In this document: in pieces, positions 25,731 to 38,249 of the stretch | Layout of the letters: each line of letters opens with the position of its first letter | Numbering within the stretch: position 1 is the stretch's first letter | NCBI RefSeq assembly: GCF_036321535.1 | Contig: NC_087441.1 | Span: 27,466,001 to 27,530,000 of the forward strand | Reading direction: 5' to 3' | DNA: 64,000 nucleotides | From: Camelus dromedarius | Taxonomy: Eukaryota | Made by a program: the position numbers and the translations under genes | Notes under the pieces: generated by a model | The model's database searches: none | What the model was told of the DNA's origin: nothing | What the model saw: the letters and a program-made list of their open reading frames with translations, nothing else

Positions 25731-26904
25731 TGCAAATGTAATCATATTGTTACTCATAATAATGAACTGATAATACCCTCAGAAAAAAGTTAAACAAAAC
25801 CTTTAATCTCAATGCTTAGAAGTGATTTGTGTGGAGAAAGGGCACAAAAGGACCAAATGACTAAATAATATAAAACAATAAGATCATGATTTTTCCTGAT
25901 GGGCAGACCAATAATTACCCTTAGTAGTTAAGATATAGTTTATTCGAATGACCCTCCACTCAGCCTCAGGGGGGAAAATCTTGTACAATAAAATAAAACT
26001 TCAATAAGGAAGAAGTAAGGCTGATTAGAAAACAATATATTAAAATTTTATTTAAAAATTTTTATATCATAGCAAATCAATTACTTCCTCCAATGTCCCC
26101 ATTTCTCAAAGAACTTTGTTAATACTTTTCTTTATGATGATCAAATTTTTCCTTTATAGAAATTTGTGTAAAAACCTTGTGTTTGTATTGCTGTCAACAA
26201 CTTGACTGCAGTGTCTGGGCCACAGAAGGGAGGAATAGTTAGTGGTTACTTGACTTACTCACTGACTCTCAGGGTGTGAACTCCAGTTCTCTTGTTTAAC
26301 AAGTAACACTGCCTTAGATATGTAACTTACCTCTCCATGCCTCAAGTTCCTCATTTATGAAATAGAAGTAATAATAATATGACGTAGTAATGCTATTCCC
26401 TGGCTCATAGCGTTGTTGTGAAGATTGTGTTAGTGCAGGTGAGGCAGTCCCGTGCACAGAGTGAGAGTTTCATAACTTAGATAAAGTATTCTTAGGTTTA
26501 AATTGTTTTTATTGTTATATCCTTCCAGTTCCAAAGCTCATGCTTTGCATACCAGAAGCACTCAATAAATGTTCATTGAAGCAAATCCAAGAGACTAGCC
26601 CCCTACATGACCAGATTAATTCACAGAAGAGAGTAATGAGGGAAGAAGCTTATTTCCTTATAATGCAAGTCTTCAAACATTTATAAAAATAGAATAGTAT
26701 GTTGCTCTAGGAAAGGAAGTGGCAAAGTTAGATGATTTGTCTAACATTTTAGAAAGGCCACTAAAAAAAAGGACAAGAGTAAATGTATTGAAGTAGCTAT
26801 AAGAAGTGCTTATTTGATTCTAGAAATTTTATAATATTCACCAGATTTCTTAAACATTTTGATTTTAGCATTTTTATCTTTAAAATGAAAAACATTAATC
26901 AATA

Positions 26905-27336
26905 ATCAATCTAAGGAAGAAATAGAGACTTTTATTTGAGGCATCCTGAGGATTATAATATGGGAGACAGCCTATCACAAAGCACAGTCATGTACATTTT
27001 CGAGAGAAAGGATCATACATCAAAATGACAGACTGACATTTTACATAAAGTTCACCAAAGATACATAGTCCAGATAAGCACATACTAAGCAAGCAACAGG
27101 TCACCATGACCTCTTACGGGAACTGGGGGAAAGGAAGTTTATCTTGTAAGGAGTTACACTGCTGGCATCAGGAAAAGGAGAAAACTGATCTTTATAGTTG
27201 AGCAAGCATTCCTGCTCGGAGGAAGTCTGGTTAAGACATAATACAGAGGCTCGTTGCACATCAGGGAGATCCCAACACGGGCAGGGAGTATGTGATGCTT
27301 AAATTTTCTTGTCAAAACATAAATTTTATTCCATCA
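26905..27336 (-). mobile_element. Solo LTR (class I ERV-like)
   Basis: Minus strand begins TGATGGAATAAAATTTATG, carries AATAAA near 26935 and ends ...TTCCTTAGATTGA. Confidence 0.55.
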
Positions 27337-28876
27337 ATACCTTTCAAAACAGGATTAGAAAAAGTTGCTATCCTGAACCTCAGGAATCAAAACAAATTTA
27401 TTATATTCGGTGTTAGAACTAAAGAATTGTGGATAAACTGCTAATTTATCCTTAATCTTTACCTTTAATTATTGGTAATACCAGATAAAGATGAGAGTTT
27501 CTCACAAGATCCGTATAATCAGAAAGAATACACTATTTCTGGAAAGTATATCTTTACAATTAAAGGATCTGTAATAATAGAAATGATGTGCTAATGGATA
27601 ATGTTGTTTTACAATAAGCTAAAAAAATTTTAAATATAGCAAGAATGTTTTGATATAAATTTACTCTTGCACCAAAGATAGAGTAATCTGATTTTAAAAT
27701 CTTGATGTCTAATTGCAAAAAGACACTAAAACTAGAATAGAATTAAGTGAATGACTTACATTGTTCATGGACCTACAGCACCCACTTAATACCAAGAACA
27801 ATTCTCTGAAATAACTGGCTTAATGTGTCCACTATGAATTGCATAACTAATTCATTTCCCATTTTTGGCCTTGGAACCAAGTTTATGAGTCATAAGAAAA
27901 TGCAATTTGCAGCATCTGTCTTGGTTTCATTTTATGCCCCTCATTCCAGTTTCCTCTTTTGAACATATTTTTAAGTTATGCTTTCAAGTGTATCCTCAAA
28001 AATCACTGCAAATAATTTTCAGAACAATGTATACTTAAGTGAATACAAAATAAATTAATTCAAAAATAAAGTAACATAATGAATGACAATATTAAAATCC
28101 TTGTTTTAAACATATGCTAACTGGTAAAACTTCAGAACGATAATGTGATTTTATGAGCAGACTTACTCATGAGGAAGGAGCTCACTGAATAAATGAATGT
28201 TATCAGTCCCATTGTAAATAATGCCAGCTATCAATCCCATTGTAAATAATTGATTGATATTGTAGTTAACAGTGCGATCTTGACTGATTTTACCTGATTC
28301 TAAAATCACAATTTGGGGCTTGCAAATCTCAACACAGGACAGTGCAGATGCCCTCTTTGCCCTCTTAAGAAGCCACCACCTCACTAAGTATCTCATGATT
28401 GTATCTACATTTTCATAGAAAAATATTTCAAAGGGAAGAAGAAAAGATATAGGCAGGGATTGAACTATTATGAGGTAACTAAAGGGAGAATTTAAAATAA
28501 CAAATATATATTACATCCTTTACATGTGTTATCTTAAATTTTGTCATGAATACTACAGGAGAGGGATTATGAACGAGAGAAATACAGTGAAGTTCAGAAA
28601 CAGCTAAGTTGCCCAAGATCACAGCATTAAATGGCAGAGTTGGTACTGCATTCCAGCCATTTCTGGCTCCAAGGGCATGCTGTTCCCATCACAAATGGGT
28701 GTTAATGTCACATTTACCAAAGAGCTATGAACCTGAATTTAGTGTTTCGGTCCAAGTGGAACCACAATTTAATTATTTTACATTAGAAGATATTGCACTT
28801 TTATGATCAATTTTTTTCTCCCCAATAGTAGCTTCACTGTGAATCTATTTTCAATTCCTCAATCTAAAATATGAAC

Positions 28877-29908
28877 TTAGCCAGAAAGTAAATGTATTGT
28901 TGAAGAATTCTCTCTCAAGGCTTTGCCAGTGACAATTAATTTAATGGCTTTTCGAAACCAAGGATAAAAGAAAGCATAAATTAAGGGGTTCATAGCTGAG
29001 TTAAAATAAGCAATCCAAACCAATATTTCATAAATGTATGTGGGGGTGATGAAGCCCAGGAAGGCATCAATTATTGAATCCACAAAGTATGGCAGCCAGG
29101 AAATCAGAAATGCTACCACTGCAATGCCCAGCGTTTTTGCTGCTTTTCTCTCCCTCTTGGCCACTCTGTCTCTGTAACTGTCTGAGGATCTCACAGTCTT
29201 ATTGCTCACACTTTCAATTTTTCTTGCCTGTTGTTTGGCAATGAGGAAGATCTTGGAGTACACAATTATCATCACAAGCATGGGAAGGAAAAATAATAGG
29301 AAATTGACCAATACCCAACTTTGATTCACTACAAATTGACAGCCACCCACACAGGTGAGAGCACTTACTAGATCCTCCAGCCCAGCTTCATTCGCACCTG
29401 TGCCAAAAAGGGAAAAAGAATAAAAAATGGAAAAAAGCCAGGAGAAGGCAATACACAGGCCAGAAACATTGGCAGTGAACCTGGTGGGATAGAGCAGGGG
29501 GTCAGTGACCGCCAGGTACCTGTCGAGAGAGATAAAGCACAGGTGGTAGATGGAAGCATAACAGAACGACCCGTCAAAACAGGAGTGAAACTGACAGAAG
29601 CGCTGCCCAAAGTACCAGCAGCCCTCCACGGACCTCACTGTGCTGAAGGGCATCACAGCCACCCCCACCAAGAAGTCCGCACAGGCCAGGGAGGCGATCA
29701 AAAAATTGGCTGGAGAATGCAGCTGCTTGAAGTGGAGAATTGAAATCATCACCAAGAGGTTTCCAAACACAGCCAGGACAGCTCCAGAGCCGAACGCAGC
29801 GTACAGGATCAGGCGGGGGCCGGGTGAGTAGGGGGTTTTGACACAGGATCCGTTCAGGTGCTCATAGCAGAGCTGCGCAGCCGCGGGAGGCGGCCAGTCG
29901 CTGCTCAT
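28877..29908 (-). CDS. TAAR7: Trace amine-associated receptor 7-like (right-arm copy), 343 aa
   Basis: Intact ORF. Differs from the 9834-10865 copy at 4 nucleotides by manual comparison (A44V, S103R, I192F, A193V). Confidence 0.9.
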   Translation of the reverse strand: MSSDWPPPAAAQLCYEHLNGSCVKTPYSPGPRLILYAAFGSGAVLAVFGNLLVMISILHFKQLHSPANFLIASLACADFLVGVAVMPFSTVRSVEGCWYFGQRFCQFHSCFDGSFCYASIYHLCFISLDRYLAVTDPLLYPTRFTANVSGLCIAFSWLFSIFYSFSLFGTGANEAGLEDLVSALTCVGGCQFVVNQSWVLVNFLLFFLPMLVMIIVYSKIFLIAKQQARKIESVSNKTVRSSDSYRDRVAKRERKAAKTLGIAVVAFLISWLPYFVDSIIDAFLGFITPTYIYEILVWIAYFNSAMNPLIYAFFYPWFRKAIKLIVTGKALRENSSTIHLLSG

Positions 29909-30370
29909 GGTTCTCCGTTTTGACTCCCGGAATAACTGTCACCCTCTGTGGCCCAGGTTGTCGTTCCAGTTTTCAAATGTTCTTAAAACAAGATAAATAC
30001 AGTTTGTCAGTAACTGCTAGTATATTCTGTCTCTCTTTTTCTAAGAACAAATCCTTATTTTCATGTTTAGAAGGTGACTCATATTCTCACCTCAAAAAAA
30101 AAAAAATTCACTTCCAAATGAGTAAGCAGTTACTTTTCATCATTACATAAACTTCTATTTATCTAAATTAAAAAAAAGTCTGCTTGCATTACCTAGTTCT
30201 TCATATCAGAAAACTGTTGGTGTTCAAGGAGATATTACATGATGCATGTTCAAATGCCACACTTTATGAACATTCTTTCCTAATTTATCAGAGCAAGGAT
30301 AACGCCCCAAACACTCTGTCCCCTCAGGAAAGGAGCTAAATGATTCCAATACTCAAAGCCCTTCAGACTA

Positions 30371-30383
30371 AATCCCCACAGTG
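30371..30383 (-). promoter_or_regulatory. Shared TAAR upstream motif CACTGTGGGGATT
   Basis: About 463 bp upstream of the right-arm TAAR7 ATG. Confidence 0.55.
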
Positions 30384-31479
30384 CAAGGTACGGAAAGGGG
30401 AAAAAACTTTAAATAACAATGATGTTTATGCTAAAATGAGTTCATGCCCTACTAATTTCCTGATGACATCTGACCTTTTCATGAGATAGAAATGGTGTAT
30501 ATTCTTCAAAACTTTATCCAGAATGTGAGAGCCATGTTATTTATTGTTATTAATTGTTGGGGATTGCCTTTTCACTTTTGTTAGAACCATCTATTTAGGA
30601 CACATTCTTATCAATGACCCTGTTTCCAGTGGTAGAGAGAGAACTAGGAGCCCTGGGCTAGAGTGCAAAAATACTTCTTCAGTTTACTACCTACAGATTC
30701 CTGTAATCAAGTGCCCCCAGAAGAAAAGGTCTGGGTGACCAAGTTCTTGCTGCCATACAACATTTTAGTGAAAAAGGGGGGTATAATGAATTTGTTAGTT
30801 TCTTTGAATAGTTCTGGAAAACTTGGAATAAAAATAGTGAAAATTAAAGGCTTTAAGTCCAAGCTCAAGGTCCGTATAATTAACCTGCGAGCTTCAATGA
30901 AATCCTTGAGAGAACCCTTTATCTCCCAGAGCCCAGAACTGAATTTCTGAAAACCAAACTCCAAGCATAATTCTGTAGCAGCCTGAATTAAAGTGTAGAT
31001 GGAATTCTCAAACTTCCAGAGCATTTCTCACTAAAATTCTGGCTTTGAGTATGGAGGAAAGGGATTCTCAAACTTAGGGCGGTGACATAGAGGCAGGTCC
31101 TGTTGGAACTGGTTTCCTCCAAGCCCTAATTCTGTCAAGCCTTTTCTACCAGGAGAGGCAGCCCTCCCACCACCGCTGGGGAGCTCAGTCTCCCCTTGTC
31201 TGAAGAAGCTAAATGGCCTCGCCTGAGGTAGTTGCTTTAACAATGCACCACTGACCCCCCTCAGTACCTTCCTTAACACGTTTCCTTGCCTCTAAACCTA
31301 TAATCAGGATCTGGTCCTAGCAGGCCCCCAAGAATGAGTTATAATATGTAATGCATCAGGAGATATGACATGAAACAGAATAACTTGGACATCTGTATTA
31401 ACAGAACTCTGAGAAATGTATGTGGGAATGAATATCAAAAGTGTTCTCAGTATTGAAATAATATAAAATCCAATTGGGC

Positions 31480-32660
31480 CAAATGTATTGATATGAGCCC
31501 GGTTAGCAGTGAATATGAATTCAAAGAGCTAGGAATAGCTCTAAAGGATTGTTTGGTTTATTAACTGACATATAGACCAAAATGCTGCTTGTAATTGATG
31601 AAGCTGAAATGTCAGAACTTCCTTGTTCTCCTATCAAGAATAGTATGCAAAGACTTAGGAACGTAGAATGCTTGAGCGACCTCATTATATATAAAATGCT
31701 TGTCCAAACCAGCAGGGCCCAGAGGACCTGACAATCACCACAAATATAAGAAATAAATTTATGAAGGGAGCCTAGCATCCTCAAAGACTCCTGGGTTATT
31801 CCTTGTTGTAGATCAGAAATTACAATGGGAACTGCTACCATTCAACTTGGGAACCCTAAATGCAAATAAAATGAATTAATCCCAAACTGGCAGGAGCCAA
31901 ATGGTATCCATGGACTTGAGTGGAAAAACACTTACTAAGCACTTACTTGGTTTTTCATCTCCAAAGATCAGGTTAATACCCTCATCAACGTGGACAGTGG
32001 AGACAAAGCAGTGGTCAGAATAACACGACTCCCAGAAACCTACGATGTCGATTATGTGATCATGGTCTCCCTAGTGCTGAAATGGGTGTCCAGCCTACTT
32101 AAGTCTTACTTGTTTCTGTGTAAGTGGAAAACCCCAACTTCTTGTGAACAGAACTGACTTGAACCACCAGCACCTAGTCATTGCTGCTCAGTCAACTCCC
32201 AGATTGAGCCAGTTCACAGACCGAGAGGCCCTTGAGTGAATCCCAGCCTGGGTCCCCTTGAGGAAGGCTCCTGTTATAGAGCCAAGAATATATTGTTAAT
32301 GTTTCTTCTGACCTTTCCTGAAGTGGCATGCAGTTTCTTTTCATGGGAACTATGTGTTGAGGAAAGAGGAACATTCAGATTTTAGGAGCTTACTGGGCAC
32401 TCGCTCTAAACTAGTATTAATTCAGAATTACTGAAAACATTGCTGTGGTGCATCAGTTAAAGGGGCCCATGAGTTAGAGTAGGAGCTTATGAAGGTCGGG
32501 TGATCAATAGTCTTAGATATTTTTTGCCTCTGGTATTGGGTCCCCCAAACCACTGAGGGCTATTTCCCCAATTCTGGAATTCATGCCTGGGATATACACA
32601 CTCAACAACTGGCAGGGAATTCCCTGACCCAGGGGGTGGGGGCTATTCCCTCACTTAATC
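31480..32660 (+). mobile_element. Old ERVL/MaLR internal fragment (gag-protease region), right arm only
   Basis: Resembles ERVL-internal consensus segments such as GAGCCAGTTCACAGACC...GGTCCCCTTGAGGAAGG and GTTAGAGTAGGAGCTTATG...GGTGATCAAT. No ORF. Confidence 0.65.
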
Positions 32661-33539
32661 CAGGGTTTAACCCAGGTTAAGCCTGACCACACCTTCCTCA
32701 TTTTGCCACGCAGTTTGGATTTCTGCAAAGGTCAGTGTGTGGGAGGGGAGAGGACATGAAATATCCATAGTGACAGGTACAAATCTTAGCTCCCCCACTC
32801 AGGTACTAGATCTAGAAATAGGATTTCTTTTTCTGCAATACTCTTAAATCTGCTTAGAGACTCATATTCTCCCAGGTATTAGAAATAAACCCCAGTAAAT
32901 TTAGGGCTGCTGCTCCTTTGTCCCCAGGGTGGAATCCATGTCCCAGGGGCCTCAGACTCCACGTTAGCCTCTGTGGGTGTCCTTTGAGATCAGTTCACTG
33001 AGGAATGCACTTCCTCTCTTCTCAGGAGCAGACTTAGCAGCGTTCCCCCTCCAAGAAAGGAAGTGTTCCTTCCAGCCTTGCTGGGAGGTGAAGTCTCCTC
33101 TCAAAAGTACATGCATAAACTCAACACATCTACCGTCACTATTTATCACATTTCAAGAAATTACCTAAAGAGTAGACAGAAAACACAAATGGAAGGTGGA
33201 AACATGCTTCTTGCTAGCTTCCATAGCTCCTGAATACAGCACATAATTAATAAAGAGGAAAAGAGTTGGAAGATCTTAAATATCTGCTGAAAATATTAAA
33301 AATACTTTGAAATATTGAGGTACAATTCCTAGGACAATGTAATCATTTTAAGATGCAATTTCTGAAGTATACCAATGCATCTACAATTTACTTTCATTGG
33401 CTAAGACAAAAACATACCAGTGACAAATACTCAAATGATATCCCCCAAAATAAAACAAGCAAACACACAGACAAAACAATTTCAGGGCTTACACACTTTC
33501 TGCTATGAATGAGGATGGGGTGTCACACACAGCATGATG

Positions 33540-33810
33540 ACTACAGCGAACACTGCCATATACTTGAAATTTGTTGAGAGTAGATTCTGAGTTCTCATCA
33601 CAAGGATAAAATCAATTCCCCCCCCCCCTTTTTTTTGCTATTGATGAGATGATGGATGTTAACTAAACTTCTTGTGGTAATCATTTATTATATATGGAAG
33701 TCAGGTCATTTTGCTGTCTACTTTTTTTTTTTAACATTTTTTTATTGATTTATTTTGCTGTCTACTTTAAACTCGCACAAAACTGTCAATTATATCTTAA
33801 TTTGAAAAAA
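33540..33810 (+). mobile_element. L1MA-type 3' end, itself interrupted by a micro-insertion
   Basis: TATACTTGAAATTTG...GTTCTCATCACAAG...GATGGATGTTAACTAAAC...GTCAATTATATCT. Confidence 0.75.
33708..33768 (-). mobile_element. 27-bp extremely 5'-truncated retrotransposition insert with 17-bp TSD
   Basis: ATTTTGCTGTCTACTTT at 33708-33724 and 33752-33768. Insert reverse complement is AAATCAATAAAAAAATGTTAAAAAAAA. Target reads TT/AAAG. Confidence 0.85.
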
Positions 33811-35494
33811 AAACAATTTCAGTGCTTAAATCAATTTTGTTAACATCAATTTTAATATATTTATCACACACATTAAAGTGATAAATTACAAAGTAAATCC
33901 CCTTCATACACAGACACTGTCCATTGTATGTAGTTACACTTTATAAAAGCATATAGAGGTATATATGTGTGTATATATTTATATGTGGGGCATATTACAT
34001 ATACTGTTTTACAATCTGAGTCAGTTTTTTGGTTTTGTTTAATCTCGATTTTAGTCAAAAAATATTTTGTGATTGTCTTTCAACGTCCATTGATACAGAA
34101 CTTCATAGTGCTTTTTGTTGGTTTTGTAACATTCCATCACAAAGGTAGAGCATAATGTATTTAATTTGACCTGTTTTGATCCTGGTTTATTCTGCTTAAT
34201 AATTAAGTGCTATCTAATGGATGTCTTTGTCATGTTTGCTTCCCTGACTGACTCTTTTGGGGAGAGTACAGCAGGAAATACATGTCTGTAATCTCTATTT
34301 CTATGTCAGGGAAAGAGTATTGATGTCTGGGACTTGTTCTCAATGAAATTGAAGCAGACAAATTTGTTTCTGGTCATATCATCTGCAAGTAATGATATTC
34401 TAACTTTCCATTCTTGAATTTGCATAACTATTCATATACACTTTGTCTAATTGTATCAACTAGTACCTATAAAACAATGCTTATACAATGTAATAATTAT
34501 TGCACCATTTTGTATTTAACTGAATCCTAGAGAATACTTCTAAAATTTCACCTCTAGGTGTGTGCTGAATTTTGGCATTTAGATATATTTTTTATCATAT
34601 TAATTAAGGAAACAGTGAGCAATCAAAACTTTGAATAGAAGTTGGCAAAGATCCAGGAACTTTATTCCAATGCTTAGTATTAATATGACCTGATGTCTTT
34701 GTTCTTTTTCTCTTGAATGATAATGTGATAGATTCAGCCCTATCTATTTGATGAATTTTCCTAGAATCATATTTCTAGCTCTAATTCAGTCATCTAAGGC
34801 CAAGGAGGTTATCACATACCAACAAAGGCACTGCATGCTTCTATAGTTTGAAAACCACTATCAGCATGTCAGGGGTAGTCATAATTAGGAAAGACTGTCA
34901 TGAAATATGTGAAAGAATCTCATCTCTTTTTTTCTCTTTCTTTTGTGGAGTCCCACATGCTCACTACATTTTCAAAATAAATTTCATATTTAGAATTGTA
35001 TTGGAGATTTTGGTATCATTCTTAACAAAATAATATTTTGCTTATCCATAAGATAAATTTTTTAAATCTTTCATTTTCTTTTGGACTTCTCTCATACTCA
35101 TTATCTATCATTTAATTTAGTAACAGTGCAATTATGTGGGACATTTGTTGAATGGAATTATCCAATTTTTCACTTCATTCTTTGTTTGTCTTCTATACTC
35201 TAAAAATAGGAAACATGATGTCCTTTCCTAAATCTGCTAGAACTAGTCTAATTTATTGAGTATAGTAAGTAATAGCATGAAACTATATTTATTCATTGTT
35301 ATCATGCTACTAATATACTCATTGACATTCAATTTTTCCAAGCCCAGTCTGCCATTTATGGAAATTAATGCTACAGATCAAAAAAGTTTTCTACGCTCCT
35401 ATCTGCCTACATATATCAAAACATGCTTGAACATGCCTCAAAATTCCTTTCTAACCAAAAAATAGTCTCTTTTAACAATTTTGAAGTAGAGACA

Positions 35495-38245
35495 TGACAC
35501 GGGGTGTGCCTCCACCGCCAGCTGGGTCTGGAAGCTATTGATGATTGATTGATTGATTGACTGACTGACTGACAACTGAATTTCCCTGCACCCTGTTTTA
35601 TTGACAGCTCAGGTTCCTTGTGTCCTGGGTTGTTCATTTTCCCTTCCTCTCTCCCTGCCCTTTGCTTATTCCCAGCTTAACTACTTAACATTCCACCCTC
35701 CAGTCATAGAACCCCAAATATTTGGGATGTAGAGGGCGGCAACTGCTCTAGCTACTTCCTGCTGATCTAGGGTGACCATGGAGCTCGTTGGGGTCCCAGA
35801 CTCGCTGACTGTCACTGGGCAGGTGTTGAAGGAAGGGTCAGTGTCCATCAAGGGGCTTATGTCTTGGCTGATTGGTTGATTACCTTGTTGTATAGCCATT
35901 TGAAGTTGATCTCTAGATGAGAAGAAACATGTTTCATATGAAGGTTGAAAAGATAGAGGTCAAATATATAGAGCTAATCCTAGCCAAGGAATGGAAGGGG
36001 TAAACAAGGGTCTTTAAAAAAATTGATTCCTGTGCTTTCTGTTGGTTTAGGTTTTAGAAAGTAGATGTTAGAGTGTTAGTCCAGTGAACTAAAAGAGGAG
36101 TCAAAAGAGGGACCATAGTGTCAGAGACATTTTAAATTAGTATTAAAACAGTTTGGTGGGGGCCCTAAAAGAGAAAAGATTTGAACCAGGAGACATTGAA
36201 GAAAGAGGTTTATCTGACAGGAATCCAGAGTCCTCTAGGGCAATGGATCAGTCTCACTGGAGTGTTGCTTGAAAAGCAGTAGCAGATCGCTAAGAGGTTC
36301 ACAAGAATATGTGGCTCCCATTGGTGAACCAGATCTCATCAGGGTTTTCTAGGGGTTGTTCTGTAAGATCTGTTCCAGCTCCTAGAGAAATGGATAGGGT
36401 CTCATGACATAGGTGAAAGAGAAGAGACTTGCCTGGTGATGGTAATAGTGTAACAGGATTCAGTGTCTCACAGACAGAGGCAGTGACATCTGGGTTTTCC
36501 AATAATAATGCCTGATATTTAATAAGCCAAGCATCTGAGAGCCAGAAGTGTCCCTTGCCTTTTCAAAGGTCAGAAACTTGATGGTTAGCATATGCTTGTA
36601 TAGAGGCCCCCAGAGTTAGCTGAAAAGCTTCCTCCAGGTGAGTGGAGAGGGCTCCCAACACTCTGAGGCAGAAAGGCCAGCCTCGATGAGCAGTGGGATC
36701 TAGCTTCTTGAAGAGGTATCCCATAGGCTTTTGGGTAGGACCCAGCCATTGGGTGAGGACCGCCAAGGCTATTCCTCCTCTCTCATGAATATAGAACTGG
36801 AAGGGCCTTGTGGGATCTGGAAGCCCCAAGGCCAGGGACCTTACTAGGAGATTTTTTCTTTCTTCCATTGCTTCCTGTTGGGAAGGACCCCACTGGAGAT
36901 ATACTGAGTCATCCTTACCCTTTAAGCTGTCATATAGAGGTTGGGCTATAGACCCATAGTTAGGGATCCAAAGCCTACAGTAACCTTTTGTGGAGTGAGT
37001 TAGTCTGAGAAATGCCATGAGCTGTTTCCAAGTAGTGGGATTAGGGAGTTGTAAGATTCCCTGAATTCATTCAGGGGAAAGTCTACGGTTGCCAGGAGTC
37101 AGAACAACTCCTAGATAAGTTATCTCTTGTTTGACCATTTTGGCCTTGGACCTGGAAACTTTATATCCCCGCTTGGCCAAGAAGTTGAGAGTTTGGATTG
37201 CCTGTTGGATGGCCCGTTCTCAAGTGAGGGAGCAGATAAGTAAGTTATATACTGTTTTTGATTAGGGAACCAGGTAGGATCTTTGAGAGAGATGACAACT
37301 GGAGCAGCCGTCTTTGTCGCCTTGGGACGCTTTGATCCCTGACAGCAGGATTAAATTTATTCTCCCAGGCCTCTAGGTCCAGAGGTTTTTCTCCTTCCCC
37401 AGAGAGAAATAAGAGTTGTAAAGAAGTGAAAGTTTGAGGATTTTCTCCCAGGATAACTCGGGTTCCCAACTCATAAAGAAGATCTTGGCCTTAAAAGGGG
37501 CTAGGACATTCTGGCATCCATAACAAAGAATGAGCATTCATCCCATAAACAACAAAGGGGGTGAGTAAAGAATCTTAAGTTCAGTTTACCTGTGACTCCC
37601 ATGACAGTACCGAATCTAGAGGAGAAGGGTCCGGAGAAGGAAGTTAGGACAGAGGAGGTGGTCCTGCTACCCCCCCAAAAAATTACTGTCCTACCTGCCA
37701 CATCCATTTGTACCTGTGGCTCCAGCCCAGTGATGAAGATTTCTTGCATTGGGGCTAACTGGAGGGGACTTCTTTAGTCCCAGACAACCATTTGCAGGTG
37801 ACAGGCTGGTTATCCCCCATGGGCCATTTGACTCAAGGGACAGATGGCCACCCAATGACCTTGCTTGTTACACCCCAAACAGATCTTGAAAGTTTGTCCT
37901 TATGGGGACATTTCTTGGCCCATTGACCAGGTCAGCGGCAGATGTTGTATTGATCATCAGGCTTGTCTCAAGCTGCTGGGGCCGAGGATTTAGGGATGGT
38001 GGCTGCCCTCAAAGGGCTGTAATCATTTGGGCATGCCCAGCCTCTTTCCTTCATCCCTTCTCCTGAGCCTTGGCCTCTTGTACCTGATCTCAATTAAAAA
38101 CAAACAAACAAACAAAACCGTGACAGCAATGGTTAGCATTTACCAAGAGTAACTCTGGGTTCCTGCATTGCCTTTTGGGGTTTTTGTCTAATATTGGGGG
38201 CAGATTGGGTGAGAAATTTATCCTTTGAGATAATTTGTGGCCACC
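35495..38245 (-). mobile_element. Internally deleted class I (gamma-like) ERV: gag end, pro, partial pol, env TM tail, PPT, short 3' LTR
   Basis: Minus-strand remnants: capsid end KDKFLTQSAPNIRQK, CCHC knuckle CLGCNKQGHWVAICP, protease-like EPQVQMDVAGRTV...SVLTSFSGP, RT piece GYKVSRSKA...ITYLG and GYCRLWIPNYG...ALGLPDPTRPF, RNase H start LENPDEIWFTNGS, integrase end YSCEPLSDLLLLFKQ, env tail LPFLG...VSSHLE...LQMAIQQG. Polypurine tract at 35691-35705 followed by TGTTAAG at 35690. Confidence 0.85.
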
Positions 38246-38249
38246 CCCC

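Noticed and set aside
1380-32660. ERVL/MaLR pieces at 1380-2340 (-) and 31480-32660 (+) as part of the palindrome
   Set aside because: Their positions are not mirror-equivalent and similarity is only family-level. Independent old insertions are more likely.
6794-35465. Repeated short ORFs MSIVSNSM..., MLLIVGDC... and others present in both arms
   Set aside because: They arise from duplicated non-coding DNA, use non-ATG starts in several cases, and show no recognisable protein.
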